From: a virus
Reading direction: 5' to 3' (one strand)
IMG/VR virus record: IMGVR_UViG_3300036861_000806
Location: 1-64,000 of that record
DNA: 64,000 bases
The notes under the pieces are model-generated. The model was given only the letters and a program-made list of their open reading frames with translations, did no database searches and had not been told where the DNA came from. Of the stretch, positions 47,327 to 57,475 are shown piece after piece (positions within the stretch are counted from its first letter, which is position 1; each line of letters starts with the position of its first letter). A program made the translations under genes and the position numbers.

Positions 47327-47525
47327 AGCAAGACCTGGTAGTGCATCAGTTTCAAGTAGTCCGGGTGCTCACGGCGACGCCTCATGGGCATCACAAGTCC
47401 CCACTGTTTACGCGGGTCTGGGGCCGGTGCAGTTGTTCTTGACAGTAGTCATTGCTATGCTGCAGCGCGCACGCAATGGATCGCCCCCGAGGGCGGAACG
47501 ACCGGATACCCGAGGAGGATTTGCG

Positions 47526-48350
47526 ATGCTGAACGAGGATGGCCATTCCGTGAAGGGCTGCACGATTATCTATGCCCCGGCCGGTCAAGCCGGCGAATAC
47601 GCGAAACTCGCCGTGAACCCCTACCGCGGCTGTGGTCACGGCTGCTCCTACTGCTACGTGCCGGCAGCAATCCGCATGAGCCGCGAAGCCTTCGACCGAG
47701 GGGCCGCGCCGAAGCCGGATTTCCTTGCGCGCCTGATCCACGATGCGGAGAAGTACCGGGCGCACGGGGTTCGCGAACAGGTCATGCTCTCGTTCACCAC
47801 CGACCCCTACAACCCTGATGATGTCGAGCATCAACTCACGCGCCGGTGCTTGGTCGCGCTCAAGGATCACGGGCTCGGCATCTGCACGCTGACCAAGGGC
47901 GGCGCACGGGCGCTTCGAGATATTGATCTCTTCCGTCCCGAGCGCGATGCATTCGCCTCCACGCTGACCACGCTCGACCCGGAACAGTCGCGGGAATGGG
48001 AGCGCGGCGCCGCGCTCCCCGCTGACCGCCTCGCCACGCTGGAGCAGTTTCACGCCGCCGGCATTTTTACATGGGTGAGTCTCGAGCCGGTCTACGACAC
48101 GGCGATGACGATCGAACTGATCAAGCGGACGGCCGGCTACGTGGATCTCTACAAGATAGGGCGGATCAATTACCACCGGATCACGCGCGAGATTGACTGG
48201 TGCCAGTTCACCGCCGATGTCCTGCGAGTGGTCAACGACTTGGGCAAGCAGCACTACATCAAGCGCGATCTCCAGCCGTTCTTGCCGTCGGGGTACAGCA
48301 ACCCGAAGTATGTGAATCAGGTGCGCGCTCACGAGACCGCCTCACGCTGA
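47526..48350 (+). CDS. Radical SAM protein (spore photoproduct lyase-like family)
   Basis: GAGGAGG RBS; NPYRGCGHGCSYCY, TDPY, LTKG, WVSLEPV. Confidence 0.85.
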   Translation: MLNEDGHSVKGCTIIYAPAGQAGEYAKLAVNPYRGCGHGCSYCYVPAAIRMSREAFDRGAAPKPDFLARLIHDAEKYRAHGVREQVMLSFTTDPYNPDDVEHQLTRRCLVALKDHGLGICTLTKGGARALRDIDLFRPERDAFASTLTTLDPEQSREWERGAALPADRLATLEQFHAAGIFTWVSLEPVYDTAMTIELIKRTAGYVDLYKIGRINYHRITREIDWCQFTADVLRVVNDLGKQHYIKRDLQPFLPSGYSNPKYVNQVRAHETASR

Positions 48351-48423
48351 CCGCTCGCTTCAAGCACCACGCCGAGATACCGGGCGGCGGCGGTGGTCGT
48401 GTCCAGCGCACGCCACTGCCACG

Positions 48424-49371
48424 TCACGGCGCCGCCTCATGCCGCAATTCCGCTACATCCTCATATCCCAACCGATAGGCCGAGGCCCGGAAGTCCATCG
48501 GCGGGGCTGATGGCCGTCCTGCGGCGGCATCCCGCCCTCCGATGACGAACGCGTCGATGAGTGCCGTGCTGCGGCGCCGGTTGCCAGATCGGCCATGGCG
48601 CGTGGGCCAGAAGATCCGGCGGGCCCGCACGATCGCCGGGTGTGGGTAGGCCCGCACATAGGCGGCGAGGACCTCGCGCCAGCCGAACTGTCGTCGGTCG
48701 GACAGCGCGGCGTATGTTCGGCAGACCCGCTCATAGTCGGCCGCAGTGTCAACCGACAGTTTGATCGCTGAGCGGTCGGCGCCATCGGGACACCTCACGT
48801 TCACGATGTCGAGGGCGTGCTCCACCATCCACGTTGTCACATGCTCGCGTGCGCCATTGCCGGCCGCCGCGGCAGCGGCGAGGAGCGTACGGCGGTCAAA
48901 AGTCTCGACATCATTGCCATCATACCAGCTCGGCGGGTGGACGTTCGACGCGTAGGCGGTCGCCCACACGCCGCGTCGGCGTCTCTCGCGAAACACCCGC
49001 AGCACTTCGCCGGCCACGAGCGGGTCCAGCAGCGGGCAATCGGCCGTGAGCCGGACGATCACATCGGCGCCAATCGTCTCGGCAGCGATGACAAACCGGC
49101 CGAGCACATCCCGCTCCGACCCGCGGGCGACGCGTGCGCCAGCCGCACGGGCGAGATGAGCGATGCGATCATCCTCGGGCCGGTCGCTCGTGGCGACGCA
49201 GACTATATCAATGCCGGGGATTGCTTGAGCACGGTTGATGACGTGGGCGAGGATCGTTTGGGGCGCGCCGCCTTTGCCGCAGGCCGCTGGTGTACGCGGC
49301 AGGAGGCGGAGGACCTTGCCGGGAAGGCGTGTCGAGCCGGTGCGGGCTTGGATGATGGCGGCGGTGGTCAC
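48424..49371 (-). CDS. CMP-nonulosonate synthetase-like cytidylyltransferase (SpsF/PseF type)
   Basis: GTG 49371; IIQARTGSTRLPGKVL, GSERDVLGRF, VRLTADCPLLDP, REHVT, LSVDT..D. Confidence 0.88.
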   Translation of the reverse strand: MTTAAIIQARTGSTRLPGKVLRLLPRTPAACGKGGAPQTILAHVINRAQAIPGIDIVCVATSDRPEDDRIAHLARAAGARVARGSERDVLGRFVIAAETIGADVIVRLTADCPLLDPLVAGEVLRVFRERRRRGVWATAYASNVHPPSWYDGNDVETFDRRTLLAAAAAAGNGAREHVTTWMVEHALDIVNVRCPDGADRSAIKLSVDTAADYERVCRTYAALSDRRQFGWREVLAAYVRAYPHPAIVRARRIFWPTRHGRSGNRRRSTALIDAFVIGGRDAAAGRPSAPPMDFRASAYRLGYEDVAELRHEAAP

Positions 49372-49544
49372 TTTCGTCGCGCCTTCATGTAGCCACGCAT
49401 GTAGCAATTCCGAGAACAATGACGGAGTTTCATGTTGCTCGATTTCGAGATGGTGAACTGCTTCCCGCAGCTCGAACAAAAACGCACGATCGGAAGACAA
49501 CGGCAGTACGGGCAGGTATGGCGGCGGTCGCCGGGGGCGATCAT
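49368..49544 (-). CDS. 58-aa Zn-finger microprotein
   Basis: CPYC, CSSCGKQF, CSRNCY. Confidence 0.5.
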   Translation of the reverse strand: MIAPGDRRHTCPYCRCLPIVRFCSSCGKQFTISKSSNMKLRHCSRNCYMRGYMKARRK

Positions 49545-50173
49545 CAGGTTAGCCGCGCGGGCTCATCGCGCCCACCGAAACCGCCACGAAAGTGCTCGAT
49601 GCTCTGGCCCTTGGGATCTTGCGCTTGACCACGCCATCCCAACTCAGCCCACCGCACCCCGCGCGCTTTCAACGCCATCAGCGCGTGCCAAATGACGGCA
49701 TGCTGGAGGTCGTCATCCACTGAGGCGCCCGACGCATAATAGCTCCAGTCGGCATGGCGGATCGCGTAGGCGAAGGCGAGCGGCGCGGCGCCGTCATACG
49801 CAAGCACGAGGAGCCCAGCGCCCGCCGCGAGCCAGTCGGTCATGAGTTGCCACGTGGCCAGCGGGCGCGTAACGCGGCCAGCGCAGCGAAGATGCAGCAC
49901 GCGGGCGATCTCGGTGTCGGTGGCGAGCCTGAAGTTGAGCTGCCGGTTAGCCCCGTTGATCAGCGCCTTGTAGGACTTCCGGAGCCCGGTCCAGAGTTCC
50001 GCCTCGCTCGGGCTCAAGTCGAGGATTCTCGTCTGCCACGTCGCGGTGGCGAGGAGACGTGAGCGGGTGCCGGGTGGGCCGTCGTGGAGCGCCTCGTAGG
50101 CATGCCACGCGGGGGACGACCACCACGCGGCGGCGTGGGGGCGCCAGGCGGTATCGGGCGGCGCGGTGATCAC
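49544..50173 (-). CDS. FemAB-like/GNAT acyltransferase
   Basis: ILDLS..E.ELW..LRKSYKALIN, YYASGAS, ELGW, F..GFGG. Confidence 0.75.
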   Translation of the reverse strand: MITAPPDTAWRPHAAAWWSSPAWHAYEALHDGPPGTRSRLLATATWQTRILDLSPSEAELWTGLRKSYKALINGANRQLNFRLATDTEIARVLHLRCAGRVTRPLATWQLMTDWLAAGAGLLVLAYDGAAPLAFAYAIRHADWSYYASGASVDDDLQHAVIWHALMALKARGVRWAELGWRGQAQDPKGQSIEHFRGGFGGRDEPARLT

Positions 50174-50475
50174 CCATCCGTCCTCGTCGGAGGCTCCGGT
50201 TCGCGGTCGAATCGAACGTGCGCTTGGAGATCTCCAGCGAGAGAGCCGGCCCGCCGCAGTCGCGCTTCTTCTTCTGCCACGGTCGTCTCGTCTGGGAGCA
50301 GCTCGCTCTGCACATAGAACCGCAGGGTGCCGCGATACTTGACCACCTCGTCAACGAGCCGATAGAGCTTCGCGCGGTCGGCTGGAACGTACGCGTAGTC
50401 GAGTTCGCGTAGCCCCTTCGTCAGCGCGAAGACAGCGTCATCCATCCACTCGTGCCAGTCACAGTGATCGGTCAT
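50170..50475 (-). CDS. Hypothetical protein
   Basis: 101 aa with coupled overlaps. Confidence 0.5.
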   Translation of the reverse strand: MTDHCDWHEWMDDAVFALTKGLRELDYAYVPADRAKLYRLVDEVVKYRGTLRFYVQSELLPDETTVAEEEARLRRAGSLAGDLQAHVRFDREPEPPTRTDG

Positions 50476-51302
50476 GCTCCCACCCCCACCCGGTACCGCA
50501 GGAACGGCTCCTCCGCCGGTGCGGATCCCAGCGTCGAATCGCCCAGCATCATCTCAGCTTCCCGGATCAGTCGCACGTACTCCCGCGCCTCGTCGGGTGT
50601 GCGCGCGACGGCGTAGTCCGCGTTGTTGGGAGACGTGTCCTCCAAACGAACGTGGAATTCCACTACACGCGCACCGGCGGCGACCGCGTAGGCGCCAGCA
50701 CGAGGATTGCGGGAGTGGTCGGAGAAGCCCTGGCGAGGCTGGTGGCCATCATACCCGGTATGTAGCGCGGCAAGCCCGAGCTGGTCATCCGGACACGGGT
50801 ACGCGCTGCGGCAGTGCAGGATGGTGATATCGGGAGCACGCTGGGGATCGTGATTGTAAACCATGTTTCGATATGCATCCCTTGACCACCCTAGACTCGC
50901 GCCCATCCCGGCACTGATGATCAGCGGCTTCTCAGGCCAGCAGCCATGCAGCGCGACGAAGGGGACGTCGGTCGCCTCGAAGGACGAGATCTTGAACCGT
51001 GAGACGTGCTCCGCGATGGTGGGGACATCCTCGGGGAGATAGACCGTGCAGAGGAACTCCAGCCCTTGAGCGCGTGCATGAGCCGCGAGCTTCGGTAGCC
51101 ACTCGCGCGGGAACGCGAGCAGGCGGTAGGCGTCGAGGTACTCGGGGGCGCGGCGACGTTCGGCGAGGCGCTCGGGGGAGGAGCACCACTGAAACTTACA
51201 GGCGTCGGCGTGGATCTCGGCGGCTAATTCGATCAGCCGGTACGCCTTATCGAGGTCGCCGTCGTGGGTGGCGGCGGCCTCACAGACTACAAACGTCGTC
51301 AT
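50472..51302 (-). CDS. NeuB/PseI-family nonulosonic acid synthase
   Basis: EAAATHDGDLDKA..LI, ADACKFQ, FKISSFE, KPLIISAG, LHCRSAYP, GFSDH, EFH. Confidence 0.9.
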   Translation of the reverse strand: MTTFVVCEAAATHDGDLDKAYRLIELAAEIHADACKFQWCSSPERLAERRRAPEYLDAYRLLAFPREWLPKLAAHARAQGLEFLCTVYLPEDVPTIAEHVSRFKISSFEATDVPFVALHGCWPEKPLIISAGMGASLGWSRDAYRNMVYNHDPQRAPDITILHCRSAYPCPDDQLGLAALHTGYDGHQPRQGFSDHSRNPRAGAYAVAAGARVVEFHVRLEDTSPNNADYAVARTPDEAREYVRLIREAEMMLGDSTLGSAPAEEPFLRYRVGVGA

Positions 51303-51691
51303 CGTCTCTCGATCCTTTCACAGGCGACAAGGTCGTTCATGCGATGGACTTCTTTTCCCACCCTAACTATTATCGTTCTTTTCCGGTTCGCAGGTCCTTC
51401 GTAGAATCCACGTCTCACGTTGTCGTCTGTCAGCGGTGCGTCGGACTCGAAGCCGATCTGGGCTCCAACGATGGCGTTGAGCAGCGCGGAGCGGTTGCGG
51501 TCGAGCACGCGCTCAAGGCGCGCCGTTGTCTCAGCGGAAATGGGCTCTGCCGATCCAACAAGGGGAAAGCGAAGCCACACGGCGCCGTCGTGGACCGCCA
51601 CGTCATCATCGCTCGCGATGGCATTGATGCGGAGAGCGTCGTTGTGAAGCACCCACTGGTTATAGATATTTCGGTAGGCGTTCTTCGTCAT
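51299..51691 (-). CDS. Hypothetical protein
   Basis: 130 aa with AAGGA RBS. Confidence 0.5.
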   Translation of the reverse strand: MTKNAYRNIYNQWVLHNDALRINAIASDDDVAVHDGAVWLRFPLVGSAEPISAETTARLERVLDRNRSALLNAIVGAQIGFESDAPLTDDNVRRGFYEGPANRKRTIIVRVGKEVHRMNDLVACERIERR

Positions 51692-52100
51692 TGGCCCTAT
51701 CCTTTCCTTTTCCTCTCCGACGCGATGGCTAGACTCCGGCGCTCATCATCGGTTTCATAGCGGCTCCTCCTCCTCCTGCCACGCGCCGTCTTCTCCGACG
51801 GTGAAGATGCGCGTCGTCTCCCCCTTGAAGTTGACGAGCTTAATCTCAATGATTGGGTATGCGTATTGCGTAACCGTCTTCCCGCTCCCCCGGTCAAGGA
51901 ACGTGATGATGGCGGCTGCGTAGGGGTCGCTCATCGCCGTTCAAGTGCCAGTTCACACGTTTCGTCTATCCAATCGGCCGCCTCGCGCATGATGGCTGTA
52001 TCAACATAGGGCGCGCCGAACTGACCGTAACGCTGACCGCTGACCTCGCGATCCACGAATGTGGCAAGCGCTCGAAGCTCGCGTGCCAGATCTCGAGACA

Positions 52101-53495
52101 TCATCGGGTAATCCTCCATGCGGGCGCCGGGTCGATCGGGTCTCCCTCGACCCGCGCGCGGACGTCGCCGGCCGCGATCGCCTCGATGACGATCGCCATC
52201 GCCTCGTCGCAGGCCCCCAGCAGCGCGTCGACGTCGGCGTCCGTATGCGCGAGCATGAGGTTCATCCCCTCTGGGTGGATCAAGTGGCCGCGCCTCACCG
52301 TCTCCTGGAAGAACAGCGACGCGCGATGCCGGTTCGGAGGAGTGGTGGAGGCCTGCGGACTCGAACCGCTTCTGTATGGCCTACCCGCGTCGGCAGACTG
52401 ATGACCACCATTTGCCTTCTGACTGCGCGGGACTCCCTCGGCCCCCATTTCCTCGTCCCACCGGATCACCGGATGCGGTGGCTGTCCGACCGCGCGCGTC
52501 GGCGCTCCGTGCTTCTCCGCGAGCGCGTTGTACCCCTCGATGATCCGCGCACCGAGCCACGCCATGTGCTCGCAGACCCCGCCTTGCTGGTAACGCGCGA
52601 GCGTCGCATCGGCGGCGGCGAGTCCGATCAGGTCGCCGCCGAACGTGCCAGAGGCCAAGCGCGCCCAGCGCATCGGCTCGGCGCGGCCAACCAGCGCGGC
52701 CAGCGCGTAGCCATTGGCGAGGGCTTTCCCGAACGTCGCCAAGTCGGGCGTTACGCCGCAAAGGGCTTGGTAGCCACCCGCGTGCCAGCGGAAGCCCGTG
52801 ACCATCTCGTCGAAGATCAGGAGGGCACCCCAGCGATCGCAGCGCTCGCGGAGGCCCTCAAGGAAGCCCGGCGAGGGTGGTTCGATCAGCGTGGGCTCGA
52901 CAATGACGGCGGCGATATCCTGAGTGCTGAAGTTCCCGAAGATGTCATCCGCGCCGTCCCGGTCGAGAGCGGCGAGGTCGTTGTACTCGAACGATACTGA
53001 CAACTCCGTCATCGCCTCCGGCACCCCCGGGTGCTCCGGCCGTGTCACCGCATACCAGCTGTGCCAACCGTGATATCCGCAACAGAGAACCACGTCGCGC
53101 CCCGTGTGCGCGCGGGCGACGCGGATAGCTGCCTCGGTCGCCTCGGACCCCGTCTTGAAGAAACGCACGGATTCGGCGCAGGGGATCAGGTCAACGAGCC
53201 GCTGAGCGACGCGCTCCTCTAGTTCGACGTTTGGGAGCGAGAAGATCGGGCCGTCCATGACCTGCTTGATTACAGCCCCTTCGACCGCCTCGTCACGGTA
53301 GCCGAGGCTAACGGCGCCGAGACCGCAGATCCAATCAACGAAGCCGCGGCCCGGTCCAGTCAACCTCCACTCGAACACCCTCGCGCCAGAACCTCGATAC
53401 AAAGACCTCGGGTACACGCCGGGGAATCTGCCGCGCATTTTACTCAGCGTCATCGCGCCGCCGGGGATCAGCTCGACCGCCGCCTCCGTCGTCAT
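52101..53495 (-). CDS. Class III PLP aminotransferase (GSA-aminomutase-like), probable sugar aminotransferase
   Basis: FFKTGSEA, YHGW, LIFDEMVTGFR, PDLATFGKALANG, SGTFGG. Confidence 0.88.
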   Translation of the reverse strand: MTTEAAVELIPGGAMTLSKMRGRFPGVYPRSLYRGSGARVFEWRLTGPGRGFVDWICGLGAVSLGYRDEAVEGAVIKQVMDGPIFSLPNVELEERVAQRLVDLIPCAESVRFFKTGSEATEAAIRVARAHTGRDVVLCCGYHGWHSWYAVTRPEHPGVPEAMTELSVSFEYNDLAALDRDGADDIFGNFSTQDIAAVIVEPTLIEPPSPGFLEGLRERCDRWGALLIFDEMVTGFRWHAGGYQALCGVTPDLATFGKALANGYALAALVGRAEPMRWARLASGTFGGDLIGLAAADATLARYQQGGVCEHMAWLGARIIEGYNALAEKHGAPTRAVGQPPHPVIRWDEEMGAEGVPRSQKANGGHQSADAGRPYRSGSSPQASTTPPNRHRASLFFQETVRRGHLIHPEGMNLMLAHTDADVDALLGACDEAMAIVIEAIAAGDVRARVEGDPIDPAPAWRITR

Positions 53496-54292
53496 TGCGC
53501 CTCTTCCGCCGGAAACACCCAGCCGGCGTAGTCGGCCGCACGGCGCACCGCGCGGCCCGTGCTAAGGATCGCGTCGCGCACGCAGGCGGCGGCCGCCGCC
53601 ACGCCGACGCCCACGAGCGCCACCCCCAGGCCAACGTACCCATCGCTCAGGGCCATCCAGGAGAAGCTGCTAAACAGCAGCAGCATAAAGACGGCGCCGA
53701 TACCGCCGGCGCTCGGCGTCTCGAATTGGTAGCGCTTTCGGACGGCGAGTGCCCAGCGCCCCCGGCGGCTCCGAGACCGAGACGCGATGGCCTCGAACGG
53801 CTCCAGCGCCTCGGCCCAGCGGGCGAGCAGGAAACGCTGGCCGCCCCGCACGCCTACGAGGATCGGCGACAGCCCCGTCGCCGGGGCGCGGCGCAGCTCG
53901 GGCGTCCAGACCTCTAGCGCATCGAAGCTGGGACGCGCCTCCGCGATCGCGTCGCGCACGCGCCTCGGCACCGGCCACTCCAGGGAGGCCCACGCGCGCA
54001 CGGCCTGACCGAACCAGATGCCGGCGTCGCGGTCTCGGTCGGTGTTGTAGCTCGACGGATAGCGCCAGCGCCAGACCGCGAGCTCCGCGTCGGTCAGGAG
54101 GTGGCCGCCCACGCCCGCCAGCTGCCGCGTCCGCCTCGCAAGTGCGGCGAACCCCAGCTCGGTGTACTCCTCCACGTCGCGGTCGATGTCGCCGGGCGGC
54201 GCCGCCTGCGCGGGCATCGGGTCCGCGTAGATCTCCACGTTCCAGGGCTCGCCCGCGTCCCGCGCGACTAGTAAGGTCGAGGCATTCGTCAT
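53492..54292 (-). CDS. Hypothetical protein with C-terminal TM helices
   Basis: ATG 54292 with AGGAGG RBS. Confidence 0.55.
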   Translation of the reverse strand: MTNASTLLVARDAGEPWNVEIYADPMPAQAAPPGDIDRDVEEYTELGFAALARRTRQLAGVGGHLLTDAELAVWRWRYPSSYNTDRDRDAGIWFGQAVRAWASLEWPVPRRVRDAIAEARPSFDALEVWTPELRRAPATGLSPILVGVRGGQRFLLARWAEALEPFEAIASRSRSRRGRWALAVRKRYQFETPSAGGIGAVFMLLLFSSFSWMALSDGYVGLGVALVGVGVAAAAACVRDAILSTGRAVRRAADYAGWVFPAEEAQ

Positions 54293-54993
54293 CGCCGCTC
54301 CTCCTGTAACACCGTGGTTCGGATTGAGTAGTCGAGACTCCGGCTCGCGAGCCAGCGACGCCGGCTCCGCTCCCAAGCGATGAGCAGATCGCCGGCCAGA
54401 CACTCTTCGAGCCCGCCGCCCGTCGAGACGTGGAGGTCCCAGCGCTCGGCCCGCCCCTCACTCCCGCCGATTGACCCCGTGGCGTTCGTGTGATGCGCGA
54501 CCGCGCGCGCGCAGGCCGCACAGCGCCAGCCGGCGACCTCCGTCGCGGTGATCACGTGCGATCGAAACTCCAGCCAGGCCGTCGGGCCGAAATCCCAGAA
54601 TCCACACGACGCGAACGCGCGCCGCGACGCGGCGTTGTCGTTGCGGATGACGGCCCAGACAAACGACGCACCCTCGCGGACGGCGTGCTCGGTCGCCAGC
54701 CGTATCACCGGGGTCGAGAGTCCGAGCCCGCGCATCTTGGGAGCCACCGTCAGAGAGATCTCGACCTCACGGGCCCAATCGAGCCGGTAGGTCGCCACGG
54801 GCTCCGTAGCCTCGACGATCATCAGTCGGCGTCGCGGATCATTGAGGCAGGCGATCAGCCAGGCCGCGTGTTCTTCGGCCGCCACAGGCTGCTGGATGAG
54901 CGAGGCTGCTACGGTCGCCGAATCATTGCGCCACTCGAGAAGCCGAGCGGCGTCGGCAAGGGTGGCCGGGCGAGCGAATAACTCGGGGCTCAT
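54289..54993 (-). CDS. PseH-like GNAT N-acetyltransferase
   Basis: RPAT.AD...LLEWRND, EEH.AW, EISL.VAP..RG.GL, N.ASRRAF..CGF. Confidence 0.82.
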   Translation of the reverse strand: MSPELFARPATLADAARLLEWRNDSATVAASLIQQPVAAEEHAAWLIACLNDPRRRLMIVEATEPVATYRLDWAREVEISLTVAPKMRGLGLSTPVIRLATEHAVREGASFVWAVIRNDNAASRRAFASCGFWDFGPTAWLEFRSHVITATEVAGWRCAACARAVAHHTNATGSIGGSEGRAERWDLHVSTGGGLEECLAGDLLIAWERSRRRWLASRSLDYSIRTTVLQEERR

Positions 54994-55013
54994 TCCGCGA
55001 CCTGCTTATCCGC

Positions 55014-55042
55014 TTGACACAGGCTCGTACTAGGCGTAGACT
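55014..55042 (+). promoter_or_regulatory. Sigma70 promoter in the left end of the outer IS
   Basis: TTGACA-17 nt-TAGACT. Confidence 0.6.
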
Positions 55043-55127
55043 CCTGAGTGTAGGGCGAATCAGGTGACCGGCCCCACGACACGGGCCGGCGGACGCGGGG
55101 ACCGGAGAACCGCAAGGAGCAGACGAG

Positions 55128-55820
55128 ATGCCGACCTACCTGTGCGACGACGGCAACGCCGAAGTGCGTATCGAGGCAACGTCCGCCCGCGAGGCCGCTC
55201 AGCAGTACGTGGACGACGGCGACTGGGGCGTGATCGAGGAAACCTCGTGGATCAAGGTCTACGTCGAGGAAGTCCATGGCGAGGACGAGGATGGCGACGA
55301 GATCCTCGGCGAGCGTGAGGAGCACCGCATTCGCATCGAACCCGAGGAGCCCGAGTGCACCGACGACATCCCGGATGAGCACGATTGGCAGTCGCCGATC
55401 GAGGTCGTGGGCGGCATCGAGAGCAACCCCGGCGTGTGGGGCCACGGCGGCGGCGTCATCATCCACGAGGTCTGCGCCACGTGTGGCGCTTACCGGGACA
55501 CCGACACGTGGGCTCAGGACCCCCAGGACGGCACGCAGGGCCTCCGGTCGCTGACTTACCGAGATGCGGATGAGGCATCGCGGGCGTGGCTGCGACAGCG
55601 CGCCTACGAGGACGTGGCCGAGCGGCTGCGCGACATCATCGAGGTCGCGCAGGATGAGCACAACATCGCGCGCTCCTCTATCGACGTTAGCGGCCCCGAT
55701 GAGGGCGAGGAGATGCTCGCCGAGATCCGCGCGGCTCTCGCGCCGGACTACGTGGCCGATTGGACCGGCAACGGTAACGGCGATGAGATGGACATCGTTG
55801 TCAGCCGGGTCGCCCGATGA
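55128..55820 (+). CDS. Acidic passenger protein
   Basis: AAGGAG RBS; 230 aa, very acidic, contains CxxC. Confidence 0.7.
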   Translation: MPTYLCDDGNAEVRIEATSAREAAQQYVDDGDWGVIEETSWIKVYVEEVHGEDEDGDEILGEREEHRIRIEPEEPECTDDIPDEHDWQSPIEVVGGIESNPGVWGHGGGVIIHEVCATCGAYRDTDTWAQDPQDGTQGLRSLTYRDADEASRAWLRQRAYEDVAERLRDIIEVAQDEHNIARSSIDVSGPDEGEEMLAEIRAALAPDYVADWTGNGNGDEMDIVVSRVAR

Positions 55821-56020
55821 CGCTCGGCGACCTGATCGCGTGGGAAGCGACCTACCGGGTCTGGCTCGTGCGGTCAGTCCATGGCGACCATCCGGCGTCT
55901 CGGGAGATTTGGGCCGAAGCGCCCCTTCACGTTCGCGTCCGGCAGGCGGAGCGATGGCTCCGCCTCGCCGAGCGGGAAGCCAAGCGGCAGGCGACGATGG
56001 CCGCGCGGCGAGGTCGGTAG
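55817..56020 (+). CDS. Small passenger protein
   Basis: 67 aa, ATGA-coupled. Confidence 0.5.
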   Translation: MTLGDLIAWEATYRVWLVRSVHGDHPASREIWAEAPLHVRVRQAERWLRLAEREAKRQATMAARRGR

Positions 56021-56290
56021 CATGACCCCGATCCTCGCCCGTGGCCGTCCCGAGTACCCCAAGACCCTGAAGGACTTCATCAAGCTCTTCCCCGACGACG
56101 CGGCGTGCTGGCGCTACCTCGTCTCCTGCCGCTGGCCGCACGGCTTCATCTGGCAACGATATACTTGGCTCAGTAGCCCCGCCCGCGACGCTGGGCGAAG
56201 TGCCCTCTCTGCGGGGCGGTCGCGGCCCGCCAAACCCAGCCCGATAATAGGCACTTGACTCATCCATCATTAGGCAGTACACTCAGCGGC

Positions 56291-57271
56291 ATGGAAGAGA
56301 CGACGGTCCGCTCCCCGAAGACGCTGATTGAGGCGATCCGCTACTACTCGGACCCCGACGTGTGCCTGACCACGATGGTCGAGGCCCGTTGGCCGAAGGG
56401 CGTGACGTGCCCGACGTGCGGCGCTGCCAACCCGCGTTTCATCTCCACTCGGCGCATATGGGAGTGCCGCGATAAGCACCCGCGTCGACAGTTCTCGGCC
56501 AAGGTCGGGACGATCTTCGAGGATTCGCCCCTGCCGCTGGAGAAGTGGTTTCCCGCCGTCTGGCTGATCGCCAACGCCAAGAACGGGGTCAGCTCGCACG
56601 AGCTCGGCCGCGCCCTTGGCGTCACGCAGAAGACCGCGTGGTTCATGCTCCATAGGATTCGGCTGGCGATGAAGGCCGGAACGTTCCTCAAGCTCTCCGG
56701 CAAGGTCGAGGCGGATGAGACGTTCATCGGCCCGGACCCGAAGAAGATGCACCGCGACCGCCTGGAGGCCCGCCGCAAGGCCAAGGGCCTGGAAGACGGC
56801 TACGTGTCCAAGACCATCGTGGCGGGCCTGCTGGAGCGTCCCACGAAAGGCACCAAGGCCAAGAGCCGCGTCCATGCCGAAGTGGTGGACACGACGCGGG
56901 CCTGGGATCTGATCCCGCAAATCAAGGACAACGTCACGCCCGGCAGCGAGTTGATTACCGACATGAACCGCTCGTATTGGGCCGCCCGCGACGAGTACAT
57001 TCACAGCGTGATCGACCACACGCAGATGTACGTGAAGGGCCACGTCCACACCAACGGGATCGAAAACTTCTGGAGCCTGCTCAAGCGGATGATCCACGGC
57101 ACCTACGTCGGCGTCGCGTCGTTCCATCTCGGCGCCTACGTGGACGAGGAAGTCTTCCGCTTCAACGAGCGCGGCGACGATGACGGCGGGCGCTTCGGCA
57201 CGGTGCTCCGTCAGGTCACGGGCCGGCGGATCGACTACGCGACGCTCACCGGCAAGATCGCGATGGCGTAG
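56291..57271 (+). CDS. IS1595-family DDE transposase
   Basis: CPTCG, EADETFIG, TD, HTNGIENFWSLLKR, YVDEEVFRFN. Confidence 0.95.
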   Translation: MEETTVRSPKTLIEAIRYYSDPDVCLTTMVEARWPKGVTCPTCGAANPRFISTRRIWECRDKHPRRQFSAKVGTIFEDSPLPLEKWFPAVWLIANAKNGVSSHELGRALGVTQKTAWFMLHRIRLAMKAGTFLKLSGKVEADETFIGPDPKKMHRDRLEARRKAKGLEDGYVSKTIVAGLLERPTKGTKAKSRVHAEVVDTTRAWDLIPQIKDNVTPGSELITDMNRSYWAARDEYIHSVIDHTQMYVKGHVHTNGIENFWSLLKRMIHGTYVGVASFHLGAYVDEEVFRFNERGDDDGGRFGTVLRQVTGRRIDYATLTGKIAMA

Positions 57272-57281
57272 GAGAGAGATC

Positions 57282-57449
57282 ATGAGCAAGAAACCGCCCG
57301 ATCCGTCACCGCCGCCGAAGCGGACGGCGGAAGACCAGAAGTTTTTTGGCCTGCTGAAAAAGCTCGTGCAGGTGCCGAAGAGCGAGGTTGACGAGAAGCG
57401 CGCCGAGCACCGGAAAACCCGGAAGCGACGGCGGACGAAGCCGGCCTAA
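57282..57449 (+). CDS. 55-aa basic IS-associated protein
   Basis: KFFGLLKKLVQVPKSEVDEKR. Confidence 0.6.
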   Translation: MSKKPPDPSPPPKRTAEDQKFFGLLKKLVQVPKSEVDEKRAEHRKTRKRRRTKPA

Positions 57450-57475
57450 CGAGCGCGTTTACCCGAAGGATGTTC

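Noticed and set aside
52101-53495. hemL (tetrapyrrole synthesis) assignment
   Set aside because: Context among nonulosonate genes favours a sugar aminotransferase; no other hem genes are present.
54990-56282. Long antisense ORFs here and elsewhere (e.g. 29081-30508, 20363-21574, 56270-57289)
   Set aside because: Shadow frames of real high-GC genes with no recognisable motifs.
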